A stretch of DNA of 64,000 nucleotides, from contig NW_024704742.1 of the NCBI RefSeq assembly GCF_018977255.1, positions 64,854,001 through 64,918,000 on the forward strand, written 5' to 3'. This DNA comes from Callorhinchus milii. Taxonomy: Eukaryota. The notes beneath the pieces are model-generated. The model had not been told where the DNA came from, made no database searches, and saw only the letters and a program-made list of their open reading frames with translations. Made by a program: the position numbers and the translations under genes. Each line of letters starts with the position of its first letter. Positions within the stretch are counted from its first letter, which is position 1. This document shows positions 50,371-63,810 of this stretch, piece by piece.

Positions 50371-53300
50371 TAAATATGATGAGAAGATTCTTTTATATTA
50401 AATTTAACAGTGGGGCCAATTTTTAAAAATTATATACACGATGAGTAGATATATACATGGGAGACTGGTCATTAATCATAATTTGTTTATGTTTATATCA
50501 AATTCTACTGAAAATGTGCCTTACATAGTTCACATCGAAATATGGAAAATGACAGTTTGGTTCTAGTCAGATACATCTATTAATTTTTTTACACAAAGAA
50601 ATCACTTAACCATTGAATCAAACATTCAAGTGGGTAGCCAAAGAAATGAAACAATAAATCTGTGCACATCTGCTAATTTGTTGCTGAATAAAGATAAAAG
50701 CATAGAGTAATTATGGAGATGCTTGAAGTCTTTTGACTTTTTATGCTTGGAAATGTTTGCTAACTGTTTAATAGGTACTCTAAATACAGCAGTTAAAAAG
50801 AGATTTTTGCTTTTTTTCATTATTTCCTGTCTGTGTGCGGCAAAAAACATGACATATACAAATGCCAAATGGATTGATTCCAATAGTTAAAGCAGTAATT
50901 TCCATTTATTAAATCAAAATGGTGTATCTTTTAGAGCCTCTGGAAAAATTGTTTTAGACTGTTTCTAAAAAACAGTAAAATTATCCCATATTGTCTTTCT
51001 ACTGTAATGTGATGTTTCACCCCCTTACATCAAGCATGTTTTACTCTGGAACACTCTTCCTCTATCTCTCTGCCTTGCCTCTTCCTTCCCCATCTTCGGG
51101 TCAAGACCTTCTTCCGAAGGTCCCCTCTCTCCCTCTCCCCCTGGCTCAGCGTCCTGCTCCGCAACTGTCAAGCGCTCTGGGACGCTATCCTGCATGAGGG
51201 ACGCTATATAAATGCAAGGCGTATTGGAATGAATAATTTAACCATTCATGTTATATCTAGATAAAATTGCATTCATTAAAAACACAAACACACATTTAAA
51301 TATATGTCTACAACTTAAAGAGTCAACACAATATTGATATTCTAAGAAAGGAGGATGCTTCCTTTCAATGCTGCAAACAGGGTAATTATTCACTTTTTTA
51401 AAGTTTCTAAAGTTGCAACACTCGATTTGTTGATTTGTGTATAACTGTATCTATTAGATATATTAAAATGTGGTCAAACTGGACCAAAAGGAATAAATGG
51501 TAAGGAAGCAGTAAAAGAAACAGGGATAATGTGGTCCCGTGATTTTCTGCTGAATTCTATTTTTTGAGTTTCAAAAATCTAAAATACTTTTGTATTTGGT
51601 GCTATAATATTGTACTTAATATTTGAAATGTCTAAGCAGTGCTGTGTATTTTATAAAGTACTTGAATGAAGAAGAGCAACATTGAACAGTGAGAAATGCC
51701 TTTGGGACCAAGGGTAGAATTCTGAACCCCCACATTGACAGTATTCTTTGCTGGAGAGCCAAAGAAAGCAGGCTCTGAGATATGAATAATAATAATAATA
51801 ATAATGATCCTTAGGTTTGATATAGCACCATATAACATATTTGAGACGTCTCAAAGCGCGTCACAGAATATACTATATATTTTGTCGGTGAAAGAATATG
51901 GCCAAATACTAATGATCGAGCAGCATAGCGCCCTAACTAATAGAGAATCCAAACAACATTCATGCACAGTATGCCTGGATTTTGTCTAGCCACCAAGCAC
52001 AGCAAAGGGCTTCCTCAATGGGAGTCATCAGAGACAGAATGATTCTTTAAACCTTTTGGATTTAACATCGATGAGAAATATTATTGAGAAATTAAACTTT
52101 GCTTTTTGACAAGCAACTCAGTTTTAGCATATCTAACTCAATGCACGCTGCAATTAGATGCAGAGCTCTCAAATAATAATGTGCCTCAACTTCAGAAGAA
52201 CACTCCAAACCAATATAGCAATTTCTCTATTTTCTGTAATCAGACACCATGTGGGCCTCCTCAATGTGATTGCCAGCTTTGTGCTGTGAACCACGACCAC
52301 TGAAATATACAGTGAATTCACTTTACAGTATATTCTGTGAAGCGCTTTAAGACATTTCGAAGACGTGATGAGGCTCTATATCAAATTCAAGGATAATTAT
52401 TATTAGTAGTATTATTATTAAACCTCTAAAAATAAAAATTGGGATGAACTGTGTGTACCAAAATAGCTCTTTATACCATCAAGACACAGTGATCTTATTG
52501 TCCGCTTATAATTTGGGCAAAATTCAATGTTGTAAACAGAAACATTTCAAAAGCTCACGAGAGGTTTGGAAGGATGAATGCCCTTAGGCCCATTTGATGT
52601 CATCCAAATAATACTAATCCAACTGATCGCATTCTGCTGCCTTGGTCTCTCTGAAAAGTAAGCTTATTTGAGGTTTACTTTCTCTATAACCCAATTCACT
52701 CACAAATCACAGTCATTACAATTAACAATAATTACTGTGAAACATTTTGAGACCCCATGTCATTGTGTAGGTGGGTTGCATGGAACTCTTGTTTGGTTTG
52801 GTGATGGGTTTCTGCATTTGTCAGACACGCGGCTGACCCAGAAAAATGCCTGTTGAATTTGTGTATTTTTTTGTTAAAAAAGAAATTGCATTCCAGTCCT
52901 TTACCGAATAACTCTTTCTCCACAGATATCTTTGTGGTTACATGATTGCATGTGTGAAATCTGACCATGAACTGCTGGAGTAAGCTTGCTAGAAAGCCAG
53001 AAGTCAGAGGGTAATCAAGCACAACTCACAGAATCTTCCAGTGGTGAATACGTAAACAGAGAGTTTGTGTCTTATGTCTCATTCTCGTTTCCCCTGGGTC
53101 ATAGAAATTCTGTTTGAAAGTGAGCTGAATGTACGCATTTTGAAGACGCTGCTCAAAAACAGCACTACTGAGCACGTACACACATCATTTAGTTCAGTTG
53201 AATCACAAATCACCATTGGTGACATAGTATGCTTCTATATACATAGCATATTGTGCATTCTTTTTATATTAGTAATCTGATAGACAATGTAGGAGTTGTC

Positions 53301-53850
53301 ACAGTAATACATAGGCTATGTAATCGCAGTATATCCAATCATATTTTATGAAATATCTTCTTTTCTGGGTCCAGAAATAATTTGTATTTTTACAAGACAT
53401 CAAAGATACATCAGCTTTTGAAGACAAATAGCCAGTTTTCAATCATTAGAACAACAAAACAGAAGTCTGTGTGAAAGTCTCAGGGAGGTTGATGAATATC
53501 TGAGTAAACTGCTGCATAAAACCAGTGTTAACGGAGAGCAGGAATGCACCACTACTGAGTAAGGATTGCATTAAAAGGACGTGAGGGGCGCTATATAAAT
53601 GCAAATTGTTGTTGTTTATTGACAATGTGGAATTGCTATGAGATGATGAGTCACTGGAGCAGAAAAGCCATGCTCAACTCACAGAGAGATGTTTTCATTT
53701 GAAACATGAACTTGCCTTGCACCAACTGTGGATTGTGCTGGACATATAAAGTTATAATGGTAGAAGTTATCACAGTCGAGAATACCTCCCATACCTTTAT
53801 CCCTGGTTGGATTGCCTGTTTGCTGGATGATGTGAAAAGCCACAGATTCT

Positions 53851-54205
53851 AATAATAATAATAATAAATCTTGCATTTGATGTACCACCTTATCACATCT
53901 TCGAGATGTCTCAAAGCGCTTCACAGAATATATTGAAAGCGCTTCACAGAATATATTCTGTGGGCAAAACATGGCAGCCAGTTGCGCACCGCAGTGTCCT
54001 ACAAACAGTTGTGGATTGAGTAACCAAATTTTTTTCAAGGTATTATTATCCCAAGAAAAACAATGCACCAATTGACTAACAACCAAATTTCCTACTTAAT
54101 GCTGGGTAAACAGAGGCGTGTGGAGCAAGTAAACTTTCATAATGTTTCACCCTGACCGGGAATCGAACCCAAATCCTCTCGCTTGCAAGGCGATTGCTCT
54201 AACCA
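53851..54205 (-). mobile_element. older full-length tRNA-SINE
   Basis: Tail, core and gggaatcgaaccc (B box) ... gctctaacca (A box, reverse). Confidence 0.85.
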
Positions 54206-54260
54206 ATACAACAAGAACAACAACAACAACTTGCGTTTATATAGCACTTCTCATGCAGGG

Positions 54261-54588
54261 TAATAATAATAATAATAATAATCCTTGCATTTGATATAGC
54301 GCTTTTCACGTCGGGAGGACGTCCCAAAGCGCTTCACAGAACACACTGTAAAGTGAATTGACTGTATATTTGTGGGCGAACGCGGCAGCCAATTGCGCAC
54401 AGCAATGTCCCACAAACAGTCGTAGATTGAAAATGACCAATTTATTATTGTTTTTGGTTTTGGAGGGATTATTATTAGGCTCTGTGTGGAGTAAGGAAAC
54501 TTGCCCAAGGTTTCGCCCTCTGCCTGGAATTGAACTCAGGTCTCTCACTTGCAAAGCGAGTGCTCTAACCACTGAGCTACAGGACTCC
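54261..54588 (-). mobile_element. full-length young tRNA-derived SINE
   Basis: Differs from 8054-8381 by one substitution and two short indels (by eye). Confidence 0.92.
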
Positions 54589-55699
54589 ACTTTCTCCACG
54601 TAGCATTCCAGAGAGCTTCACAGTGATGAAGCATGCTACAGGGCTCCACAGATCAGTGGCATATTGGAGGAGACAGAGTTACCCATCCTAGATCCTAGGT
54701 CCAAAAGGGAGAAGGAGGCTAAATTAATATCTATAGGTTGTATATGGGCTCAATCAATGGTGATTGGTGGTGACCATGAATATGAATCTTTGTAGCAAGT
54801 AGTAAGATTTGGGCTTGTACAAAACTAGCAAAGGATAGGGTTATCCTTTAAGCCCTCTGAGATGCTGTCAGGTGTGATGGGCGCTTATATAAATGCTATA
54901 TAAAAGTTGCTATGGTTGTTAGTGGTGGTAATGTGCTCCCCATTCCCTAGGGGATCAAATTCAAAATTCTTGTCTTCTCTTCCAAAAACCTCCAGGACCA
55001 CATAATACCCTCCCCCAGTCCTACTGCTCTAGCTGCTTCCTCCACTCAGAAAACACCAGCGTGCTTCAAATCTGCTGCCTGACCATCATTGGGCGAACCT
55101 TCAACCACTTTGTCCCAGATCTCCGAAACTCCATCCCGGATTTCCTCCACCTTGTCCCCTTCCTCTCTGTATCCAAATCCATCTTAAAATCTATTTGTAC
55201 GACGATTCTTTCAGACACCTTCCCCGTCCCAACATCAGCTTCAGTTGTGAAGATGTACATTGTTGTACTAGGAGATAGTAGGTATACTGAAAGAGATAAG
55301 AAGCCCACATTTTGGAGCTCCTGGGAAAGAATAAGGTGCAGGTTGTAGTCACTCTAATGGGTTAGATTTCAATGCCAGGAGGAGGAAGAACTTGGGAAGG
55401 ACAAGAGTACAAAGAAATAATAATCATATTAGTATCAAGAACATGACAAATGACAATGAAGGGTTGTAATGGAGAGAATTTTGGAGACCAGAACTGACAA
55501 AAGATTACCATTCAGCTGATGAATTTTTTCTTATAATATATACATACCATTGTTGGCAAATCTCACTTTTGATCTATGTCAACCAAAATAGTTAGTCAGT
55601 CCTTTAGTATGAAATTACTTCTTTTAACTTTTGCTGATAGAAGGCTTTCGCAGTATGTGATTTATATCATAGACAGCCTCAGCAAAAACATCTTTGTGC

Positions 55700-56490
55700 A
55701 TTTCTTTAGCGCTATTCACGTAGGATGCATTCATATGAGCATTTCGCAATGGTGGGTTTAGATGCTTAGCTAGGAGGAAGCGAAGGGGAGGGTGACCATA
55801 ATCATAATTGAAGAGGTAGGCTGTAAGGTGGGATTTGTAAATAAGGGGCGAGGCAGAGGGTTACAGGCAGGGGTTCCAGAGATTGGCGAAGTAATGTCCA
55901 AAGGCTCAGCACTGATGGTGGTGCAGAGGGGGTGAGAGATGTGCAGCAGGCCTGTTTTAGCTAAACGTACAAGGCAGGCAGAGGAGTTGAATATGAGGAG
56001 AACAGAGAGATAGGCAGCAAGGAGCTTGATGTTGAATCTGTTCAGAGACAAGGAGGCTGTGAAGCCTGGCAGAGATTGGAGTAATGGGTGTTCAGAGTTT
56101 GGTACGTGTGAGGACATAAGCAAGTTTTGGATGAGCTGGACCTTGTACCTGGTGGAATGACGGAGACCAAGAGGGATGCTTTTGAGACATCAAGGCGAGA
56201 GGTGACAAAATCATGAGGGATTCAATGACATTTACTGTGAGGTAGGGATGGAGGCGGGCAATGTGACAGAGGTGAAGGAAAAGTCTTGGTCAGGAATCAA
56301 ATATTGAGGAGGGAAGAACAGGTGGGATCAAACCAGACGTCAAGGTTGTGCACTGGTTTGTTGAGTTTGAGGGATTGTCTAGGGAGGTTGAGAAGTCAGA
56401 GGAGGCGGTGAGGAGACATTGACAGGAGTTGAGGAACATGGCTTCTGCCGTGTCCATGTTGAGCTGCAGAAACCTCTTGTGGATTATATT
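55700..56490 (-). mobile_element. decayed L2 LINE fragment
   Basis: G-rich plus strand similar to other L2 copies; ttgaggaacatggcttc (reverse of the LNxxKTE region). Confidence 0.65.
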
Positions 56491-57039
56491 ATTTTTTTCA
56501 GCAAAGATTCTTGTTGACGGAAGAACACACAGTTCTTGCCAAAGAGGTCAGAGTTCCAGCAGTTTCTGTCTTCATACTGTTGTACTATGTCACAAAGCAG
56601 CTGATAGAAAGATACTAACAAAACATTACATTCATGGGTGTGCCTGGAAAATATCGACTTCAGCGCAGCAGAGTAAACATTGAGATGGGATCTGATTTTA
56701 AGAGGACACTAGCATCACCACTGCATGGCCTACAGCTCAACTGTAGTGATTTCTGTAGTTTCTCCAGGGAATCACTGCACATTATGGAGAGTCGCACGAC
56801 TTTCTCTTTGATGAGACCTGAGAGTTATAAGAATAAATTATGAAGTTTTATGATGAAATTTAGAATCAATAGTTTGAGTGGGGGAGCTAGCACCAGCGCA
56901 GACTCAGTATACAAAATGACTTACTGCAAAACTAAGTCCAGATTCAATTTTTGCCCCCTGAGGTTATTTTTTGTTAAACAAAAATAATGTATCCAATTAG
57001 AATGATCCTCTGTGTCACAGGGTTAAGAAGCAAAAAACA

Positions 57040-57205
57040 ACAGAGTCTGGGCTCAAATCTCTGATTGCTATTCAGTGCCTCCTGCTGAAAAGTGCAAGTG
57101 TTCAGGTGTCAGATAGGACAGGTTTGAACACGGCTGCGTTGCTATCCCTCAGAGGTAGTCTTTCAATGTTTAATTCTCTTTGCTCACACATGAAGAATGC
57201 CCCTT
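57040..57205 (+). mobile_element. LF-SINE-like relic
   Basis: ctgattgctattcagtgcctcctgctgaaaagtg...aggacagg...gctcacacatgaagaatg resembles the LF-SINE body (recalled consensus). Confidence 0.6.
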
Positions 57206-57216
57206 TTGAATTTTTA

Positions 57217-57365
57217 TTTGGTCAACCGGGTGTCTGACACATCACCATACTTAAAAATGTCCAAACCAAACTGAGATTTCCATGTATCCCACCTACACAT
57301 AGAAATCCCAGAGATAGATTGTTGGAATGGAATGCGAACTCTCCCTGAAGGGACACATCCTGCTG
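57217..57365 (+). repeat. family X fragment
   Basis: ttggtcaaccgggtgtctgacac...catagaaatcccagagatagattgttggaatggaatg is close to 59765-59905; an inverted fragment lies at 52770-52822. Confidence 0.8.
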
Positions 57366-57489
57366 GATGCCTCCCAGTACCTTCAAACCATAATCACCAC
57401 TTCTGGAAGTGGAGGCAAGAAAGTTTATATCCCTTTTTATACAAGAAAGGTATAGGATAGCCCAGAGAGTCAATATTTTAATTCACACT

Positions 57490-57805
57490 CTTGGCTGACA
57501 CTTCAATACAATGCTAGAGGAGCATTGTTGGAGATGCCATCCTTTGGATGAGACCCTAAACTGACTTACCATCAGCATGGTCAGATGGATGATAAACTGT
57601 CTGAAACATGAAGGGAATTTCTCCCGGTGTCCTGGTCAATATTCCTCCAGCTAAAATTGGTGATTAACTTCATGGGTGTTTGTGGAACATTGCTGCGTTC
57701 TTCTGCAAAATACACAGGCACTACACTACAATAAATCCTTGAAGCACTTTGAAATGTCCTTTTGACATGAAAGGCAGTTTATCAAATGCTAGGATTATTA
57801 TAATT
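57490..57805 (+). mobile_element. DeuSINE-type SINE
   Basis: ggctgacacttcaatacaatgct...ggatgagacc...ctcccggtgtcctggtcaatatt followed by the family tail. Confidence 0.75.
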
Positions 57806-58984
57806 ATAGTTAATTGTTATTATCATCAAAAGATGATTGTCTGCAAGCACTATTTTATTTTGAACATCTGGACACTAATCCAATCCAGCTCAATGATGTT
57901 GTAACCCTGTTTACTTTTTGATTCCTATGACTTCCTTTCCTTGCTGACTCTGCTTTCTAAAGCCCCTCCCTTTTCCATTTTCCATTCTGAGCCTCTGTTA
58001 AATGGTCTCCTTGGGACCATGATCTCACTCCTCTGGAATTTCATCAGTATTTAGTATGACCTACTCCAACGTACACGTTTCCTCTTTAACTGTAGAGGAA
58101 CACCAGTAACCTCACAATGCTAACCTCCTTCTTCCCAACATTATACCAGATGTGCTAACGCTTGGAGAAACCCACTCAGAAATGCTTCCCTACACAGATT
58201 AGTGTAATAGAAAGATTTATTGCTCGTACATTTCCCAGTTGCTATGGGATACAGGCACTCTTGGTTTCGGATCTTTTGTGTTCTGCAGGGGAGGTGGGGG
58301 GGAGCTATCTGAAAAGAGACTGTGTTCTGCTGGTTTTATAAAGTTTGAATGGAATTATTGATTAGCGCTTTTACTTATCCTACTCATTAAGACAGTCATT
58401 TGACTCATTTATGGCTTTCAGTCTACAAATGAATGGCTGCTGCTCTGTTACAAAAAAATCTGTTGCTATGTCCTGATTAATTCTTTCTCTGTCAATGCTG
58501 TTCAGCTGGAGGAGAAGTTATTGCCTCTGGGCCTTTGTCAGTGCTATTCTGGCAAGGACAGTACATCTCTTCCCTCTGGAGCCTTACCTGGATCCTAGGT
58601 TTGTGAATACCCACTGATATATCCACGTATTAGTCCAGGTATTAATCTCTACCTTTGTACTCAGAGCGGTCAGCAGCTCCTGCTCAAGCTCCACATCTTC
58701 AACTATTGCTCAATAGGTAGGGGCAGGAGGTTGGTGCCAGTAGTGGTCACCAGTAAGCTCAAAGGAACTTCCTTGTGCCTGCTATGCACACAGTGAGGAC
58801 TCACCTATGCTACTCGGTTGTCAAATACCCAACTAGTGACTGTCTTCTGGGGTGAGCAGGGGGGTGGGGGGATAAGTGGTCCCTTTGCAAATGAGCTGAC
58901 AATGGAATGTTAGAATCAAGTCAACCCTCTGTGGCTGTCTTGGTAGTTTGGTTCCTGAGCCAGGTGGGTCCACAGTACTCCAGC

Positions 58985-59185
58985 GCACTGCTGATGGCAG
59001 ACCCGCCTGGCTATCAGCGGGACCTGGAGAAGCAGACCAGTCACTGAAGGCAGGGATTCTTCTCATTTTGCTCCTGTTAACTCTGCCAGCCAGTGTTCTC
59101 GACTGGACAAGCAGTGGGAACCTTGCCAGACAGTACTCTCAATGGCAAGCTATGTGCTTTTTGATGGTTAAGCTCCAGCAGTAGC
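58985..59185 (-). repeat. family X fragment, inverted
   Basis: Reverse complement aligns with 59982-60192. Confidence 0.8.
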
Positions 59186-59759
59186 TAAAAGCAGACTTTA
59201 GGATCCCAAGTCTTGGCTTTTGCCAACCTATACCAAATACTTGTACCATCCCTAATTGGGGTGAATAGGGTGAGTGCCTCCAGGAGAGTGTGACAGAGCC
59301 TGTAATTACTGTTCTGTTAGGAGAGGCAGGTCCTGTCTTCGAGCCTCCGATGCTCCAGTAAGAGAAAGTCCAGTTCTCCTGAACTTCCATCAGTGCTGTT
59401 CTGCTAGAAGGTGCTCAAGAACACCAGAAGTGACTGACTATTGAACTGTCTCTCATTCTTTTGCGGTGAAGCTTCTAGTTCACAGGATCAAAAAAAAAAT
59501 TGGTCAGTTTGTAGGAGACTGCTGTTCGCAATTGGCTACTGCCTTTCAGCCACAAAATACACAGTCAAAGCACTTTACAATATATTCTGTGAAGTGCTTT
59601 AAGACGTCTCGACAATGTGATAAGGCACTATATCAAATGTATGGATTATTATATTATTATTAAGCCCAACAATATTTGAGATACATTTGAGTGGACAGAT
59701 GGTTTTGCCAACGCTCTTGTTCAGGCCTCGGGCACTTCATAAAAGTCATCTCTAACATT

Positions 59760-60200
59760 TGTTTTGGTCAGCCGGGTGTCTGACACATGTGGAAACCCAT
59801 CACCAAAACAAACTGAGAATTCCATGCATCCCACCTGTACATAGAAATCCCAGAGATAAATTGTTGGAATGGAATGTGCATTCTCTCCCTGAAGGGACGC
59901 ATCCTGTTTACCTAATTCCAGAAAGTATTAGGTGCAGGTTGGCGAGAGCCAAGGCTTGCGCATCCCAGAGTGTGCATTGAATACTGCTGGAGTCCAACCA
60001 GCTAAAAATGCAAAGCTTGCCATTGAGAGGACTGTCTGGGAAGCTTTCCCGCTGCTTGTCCTGCTAGGACCACCCTACGCATTAGGACCTTGGTTTCAGA
60101 GTTAACAGGAGCTGAATGGGAAGAGTCCCTGCCGCCAGTGACTGGTCTGCACTTCCAGATTCTGCAGATGAGCCAGGCTGGCTGTTGTGCCAGTTTAGCT
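59760..60200 (+). repeat. family X, longest copy
   Basis: Covers all the other family X fragments in the window. Confidence 0.8.
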
Positions 60201-61215
60201 CCAAGGAGACCCTGCTTACCTCCCCCACTCCCCTCCTCATGATATTATCTCTACTACAACAACAACAAAATTACTAACATAGGCCCTGGACTATGTTACT
60301 GTACTACAATAGTATCAATGGTAACATCACACATCAACTGATGTTTTGGTCACGCTGCTTTTAGCTGGTTGTGGTGAGGGGCAAAGGGATGGGACAATGA
60401 TTTGCAGAAACATTTTTCTTTTATGTAACATGTTGCCAATGGTTTATAAAATAAATCTCTACGTCAGATGACCTCCTGGTGTCCTTCATAAAACATTAGC
60501 TCATTCAGCTTTGAATATATTGTGCTTTCCTGGCCACTTAATAAGTCTGTTATGTGTGTTATGTTATGCTTCGTGCAGTGTGGAAGAGTTTTATTCCCTG
60601 TGCTGCATACAAATCCTACAGTCAGGAGGTTTGAGTTACATTTTGTGAAGTGCTTCAAACTCATCGCTGCAAGATTGACTCCATGTGGGATCTGAGTTTG
60701 AACCCGGGTCAATGGCAATAACAATGGCGTGATTGTATGTGTTTTTAAGTGCTCTTGAGACATTCCTGCAGGATCCAACATCGAGGATCCTTCACAGTTG
60801 TCAGTCAAAAGAATTGCTTTGTTACAACATCAAGGCATTCTGCTTCTCATGGATATCTTTGAAAATTTGAATGATTTGTATATTTTAAAAAATTAAAAGC
60901 TATCCACTCTATTTTCATTTAGCAATACAATTTTCCTTTCTCTTGAAAATAGTCATTATGCTCAGCCTCCCCCTGTAGGAAATGGCCCTGCCTGGCTTAC
61001 AAACTGGTTCAAGTGGGTGATTTTTCCAGCAAGCATTAACAGTGACAATCAAAATCCTTACAGTAAAACAGTAATGTAGTCATATCTGCTCAAGTCTATT
61101 GCAGATTAATGTGATTAATGTACCTGTATCATTATTTGTTACGTTTGTTTGCTTCGAAGGTTCATGAAGATTTTACTTTTTTTAAAAAGCTAATGTTCTT
61201 TGTCATACCCATTAC

Positions 61216-61234
61216 ATTGCCATCTGGTGGCTGT
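61216..61234 (-). promoter_or_regulatory. candidate CTCF site
   Basis: Minus strand cagCCACCAGATGGCAat matches the CTCF core; located in non-repetitive-looking DNA. Confidence 0.5.
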
Positions 61235-63599
61235 GATTTCTCCAGCAGTGAAATGTGAACTTTATTGGAATCTATGTGATACAGACTGGTGGGAATATGC
61301 TTCTACATCAGTGTTTGTCTATTGTCATAAATAATGACTTTTATTTCATGTGACTGAAGACTTGGAACAAGCATAACTATATATTCTATACTCAAAGCTA
61401 GATTGCAATTTTAGTTCCCATTCCAATTCTACTTGTTTTACAAATTGAAATAACAACTTGCATTGATATAGTACATAGGATCACGTTTCAGTGCATTTCA
61501 CAGGATGCCAACCAAAGGAGGAAGGGGAGAAAGGAGGTGACATAGATGAAGAGACAGATTGTTGGGGATATGAAGACAGATAGTGAGAAAATGAGATGGA
61601 AGGGTAATGGAGGGGGTTTAAAAGCTGGGGGGATAGTTCCACAAGACTTGGCCACTGATGGTGGAGCAGGTGTGGGTAATTCCACTTTCCCAAGCAGAAG
61701 GGACAAACAGAACACCAAATTGCATTTATATAACCCCTTTCACATTGGGAGGTTGTCCCAAGACACTGAACAGTCAAAGGTTTGCACAGAGCTGGGGGTT
61801 GGAATCAAGATGGGGAGGGGGAATGCAAGATGGGTGGGGTTGTGAAGGTCTTGAGATGGCAATAGAAGAATAAATGAAAAGATTCCAAGATAGGGAGGTG
61901 CTAGGATGCGAAGGGATCTGTAGGTGAGGGAGCCAGTGAAGACAGGGAGCTAGTGGACCCCGGCAAGACTAGTGGATTGATGGGCATTCAGACTTTGTTG
62001 TGGGCGAGGAATGGGGTCAGCAGTTTTGAATGAGGTGGAGCTTGTATGGATCTGGGGGGACTGGTAAGGAGTGTGTCAGAGAAGTCAAAATAAACAAATA
62101 ATTTAGTACAGACCAAAAACTCAATATACTGATATATAGATTTTTATTTATTTAAGTTTAGAAAAATATATTTATTGCACTCTGTCCTGTAGATCCTGGT
62201 TCACACACCTTTATGGCTTGGATTTCACAGTGGTCTACATTGCTACTCAATGCAAGAGCTCACATTAAAAAAATACACAAGTCGATACGACTTTTGCTGG
62301 TTAGAGGTAATAGTCTCGACACAACTAGACGTATGCATATACATACGGTGGTGTTCATCTAAATTTAGATAAACAAAAAATAATAATTTGTTCACTCAAT
62401 CCATGACTTTTTGTGGGGCACTGCTGTGCGCAACTGGCTGTCTTGTTTCTTGGCTGTCAATTCACTTTACAGTATATTCTGTGAAGCACTTTGAGACGTC
62501 TCAAAGACGCGATGAGGCATTACATCAAATGCAAGGATCATTATTATTTGATAAAACGTACAAAATACTGCAAATCCTTTCTGCGGCTAAAACTAACTAA
62601 AATATTCCACTGACATTGTCTGACGCTTAATGCTCTTTAGATACAAAGCTAAAAGCTTTCTGCAATGTCTCAGTTTGTCAAGGTTTTCCCCACTGTTCAG
62701 CTGAGCCATGATGAAAGTTTACATATGCTCACAACAATCTACTACTACAACCTGAGCACCAGCAGAAAAATAGGTCCTGTATTGCTACCATTTAAAACCA
62801 CTGGAAATTTGGATGATAAAATCACTGCCCAGAGGAAAATCCAAGCCTTTAAGTTTTACAAAAAGTTGAGAACGATCTAACAATATTCTCTTCTTCACTT
62901 TATATATACATATATAAAATTACATATAGATCTCACAGATTTCTTGTGTTCAAAATATCCTATGTACATTTTCTAAACAATTTGCAATATACATAAAATG
63001 TAAAATATTTATTTACATATAATCATAGTTGACAATGTAGTCATTCAACTTTAAGTTAGTAGTAATGTAGTTAAAAGATTTAACGCTGTTAAAGTCCCAT
63101 GTTGTTGCATTGTATTCATAACCTGCTCAAAAAATAGTACTTAACCCATCATTCAACCTGTTCTAGGTTTGATGTAGGATGCTCTGAACTGACATTAAAA
63201 CCAGGAGCATTAACCACAGATATAATGCTACTCTTACCAACGTTGTATCATTGCCTGGAGGTCATGTTGAGGGTTTCTGATTAACAATGCAGAGTCATAC
63301 AAATATTAGTATATTAAATTAACTATCAAAACATTTTCTCAAAAAGTATAAATCTGTCAGTAAATTTATGGAATTGAACAACTTTAACGCTACTCAAAAT
63401 GAGGATACATTTGCATTATTAATACTACAAGATTTGAGCCTTTCCCTCCTCCCAATTGTTCAACCGTTTGAGGGCCTTGAATATTTGTTTACCAAATATG
63501 ATGATACTTTATTCTATTTAAAAACTATTCCATTGTTTAAATAATAACTCAAATTGTTTTAGCTCTCCACCACATTCTTTGAATACATTTTCTCCCTCT

Positions 63600-63810
63600 C
63601 TTTAGATTCTCTCACTTATTCAGAAGTACGGGAAGAGTTAGAGGGAAGAGGGTAGAAGAATCATTTTTATGACGAGGGGTTATTAAAACATGAAATGCTT
63701 TGCCAAATAATTTAAAAGGGAATTGGGATTATAGGGTATATACCTCATCTAGATAAGATAGCATAGCATAGGGTAGATGGCATGAATGGCCTCCTCCTGT
63801 GCTACAATTT
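63600..63810 (+). mobile_element. decayed CR1 3' end
   Basis: tttttatgacgaggggttattaaaacatgaaatgctttgcca (FFxQRVxxxWNxLP-like) and gaatggcctcctcctgtgct 3' UTR motif. Confidence 0.6.
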
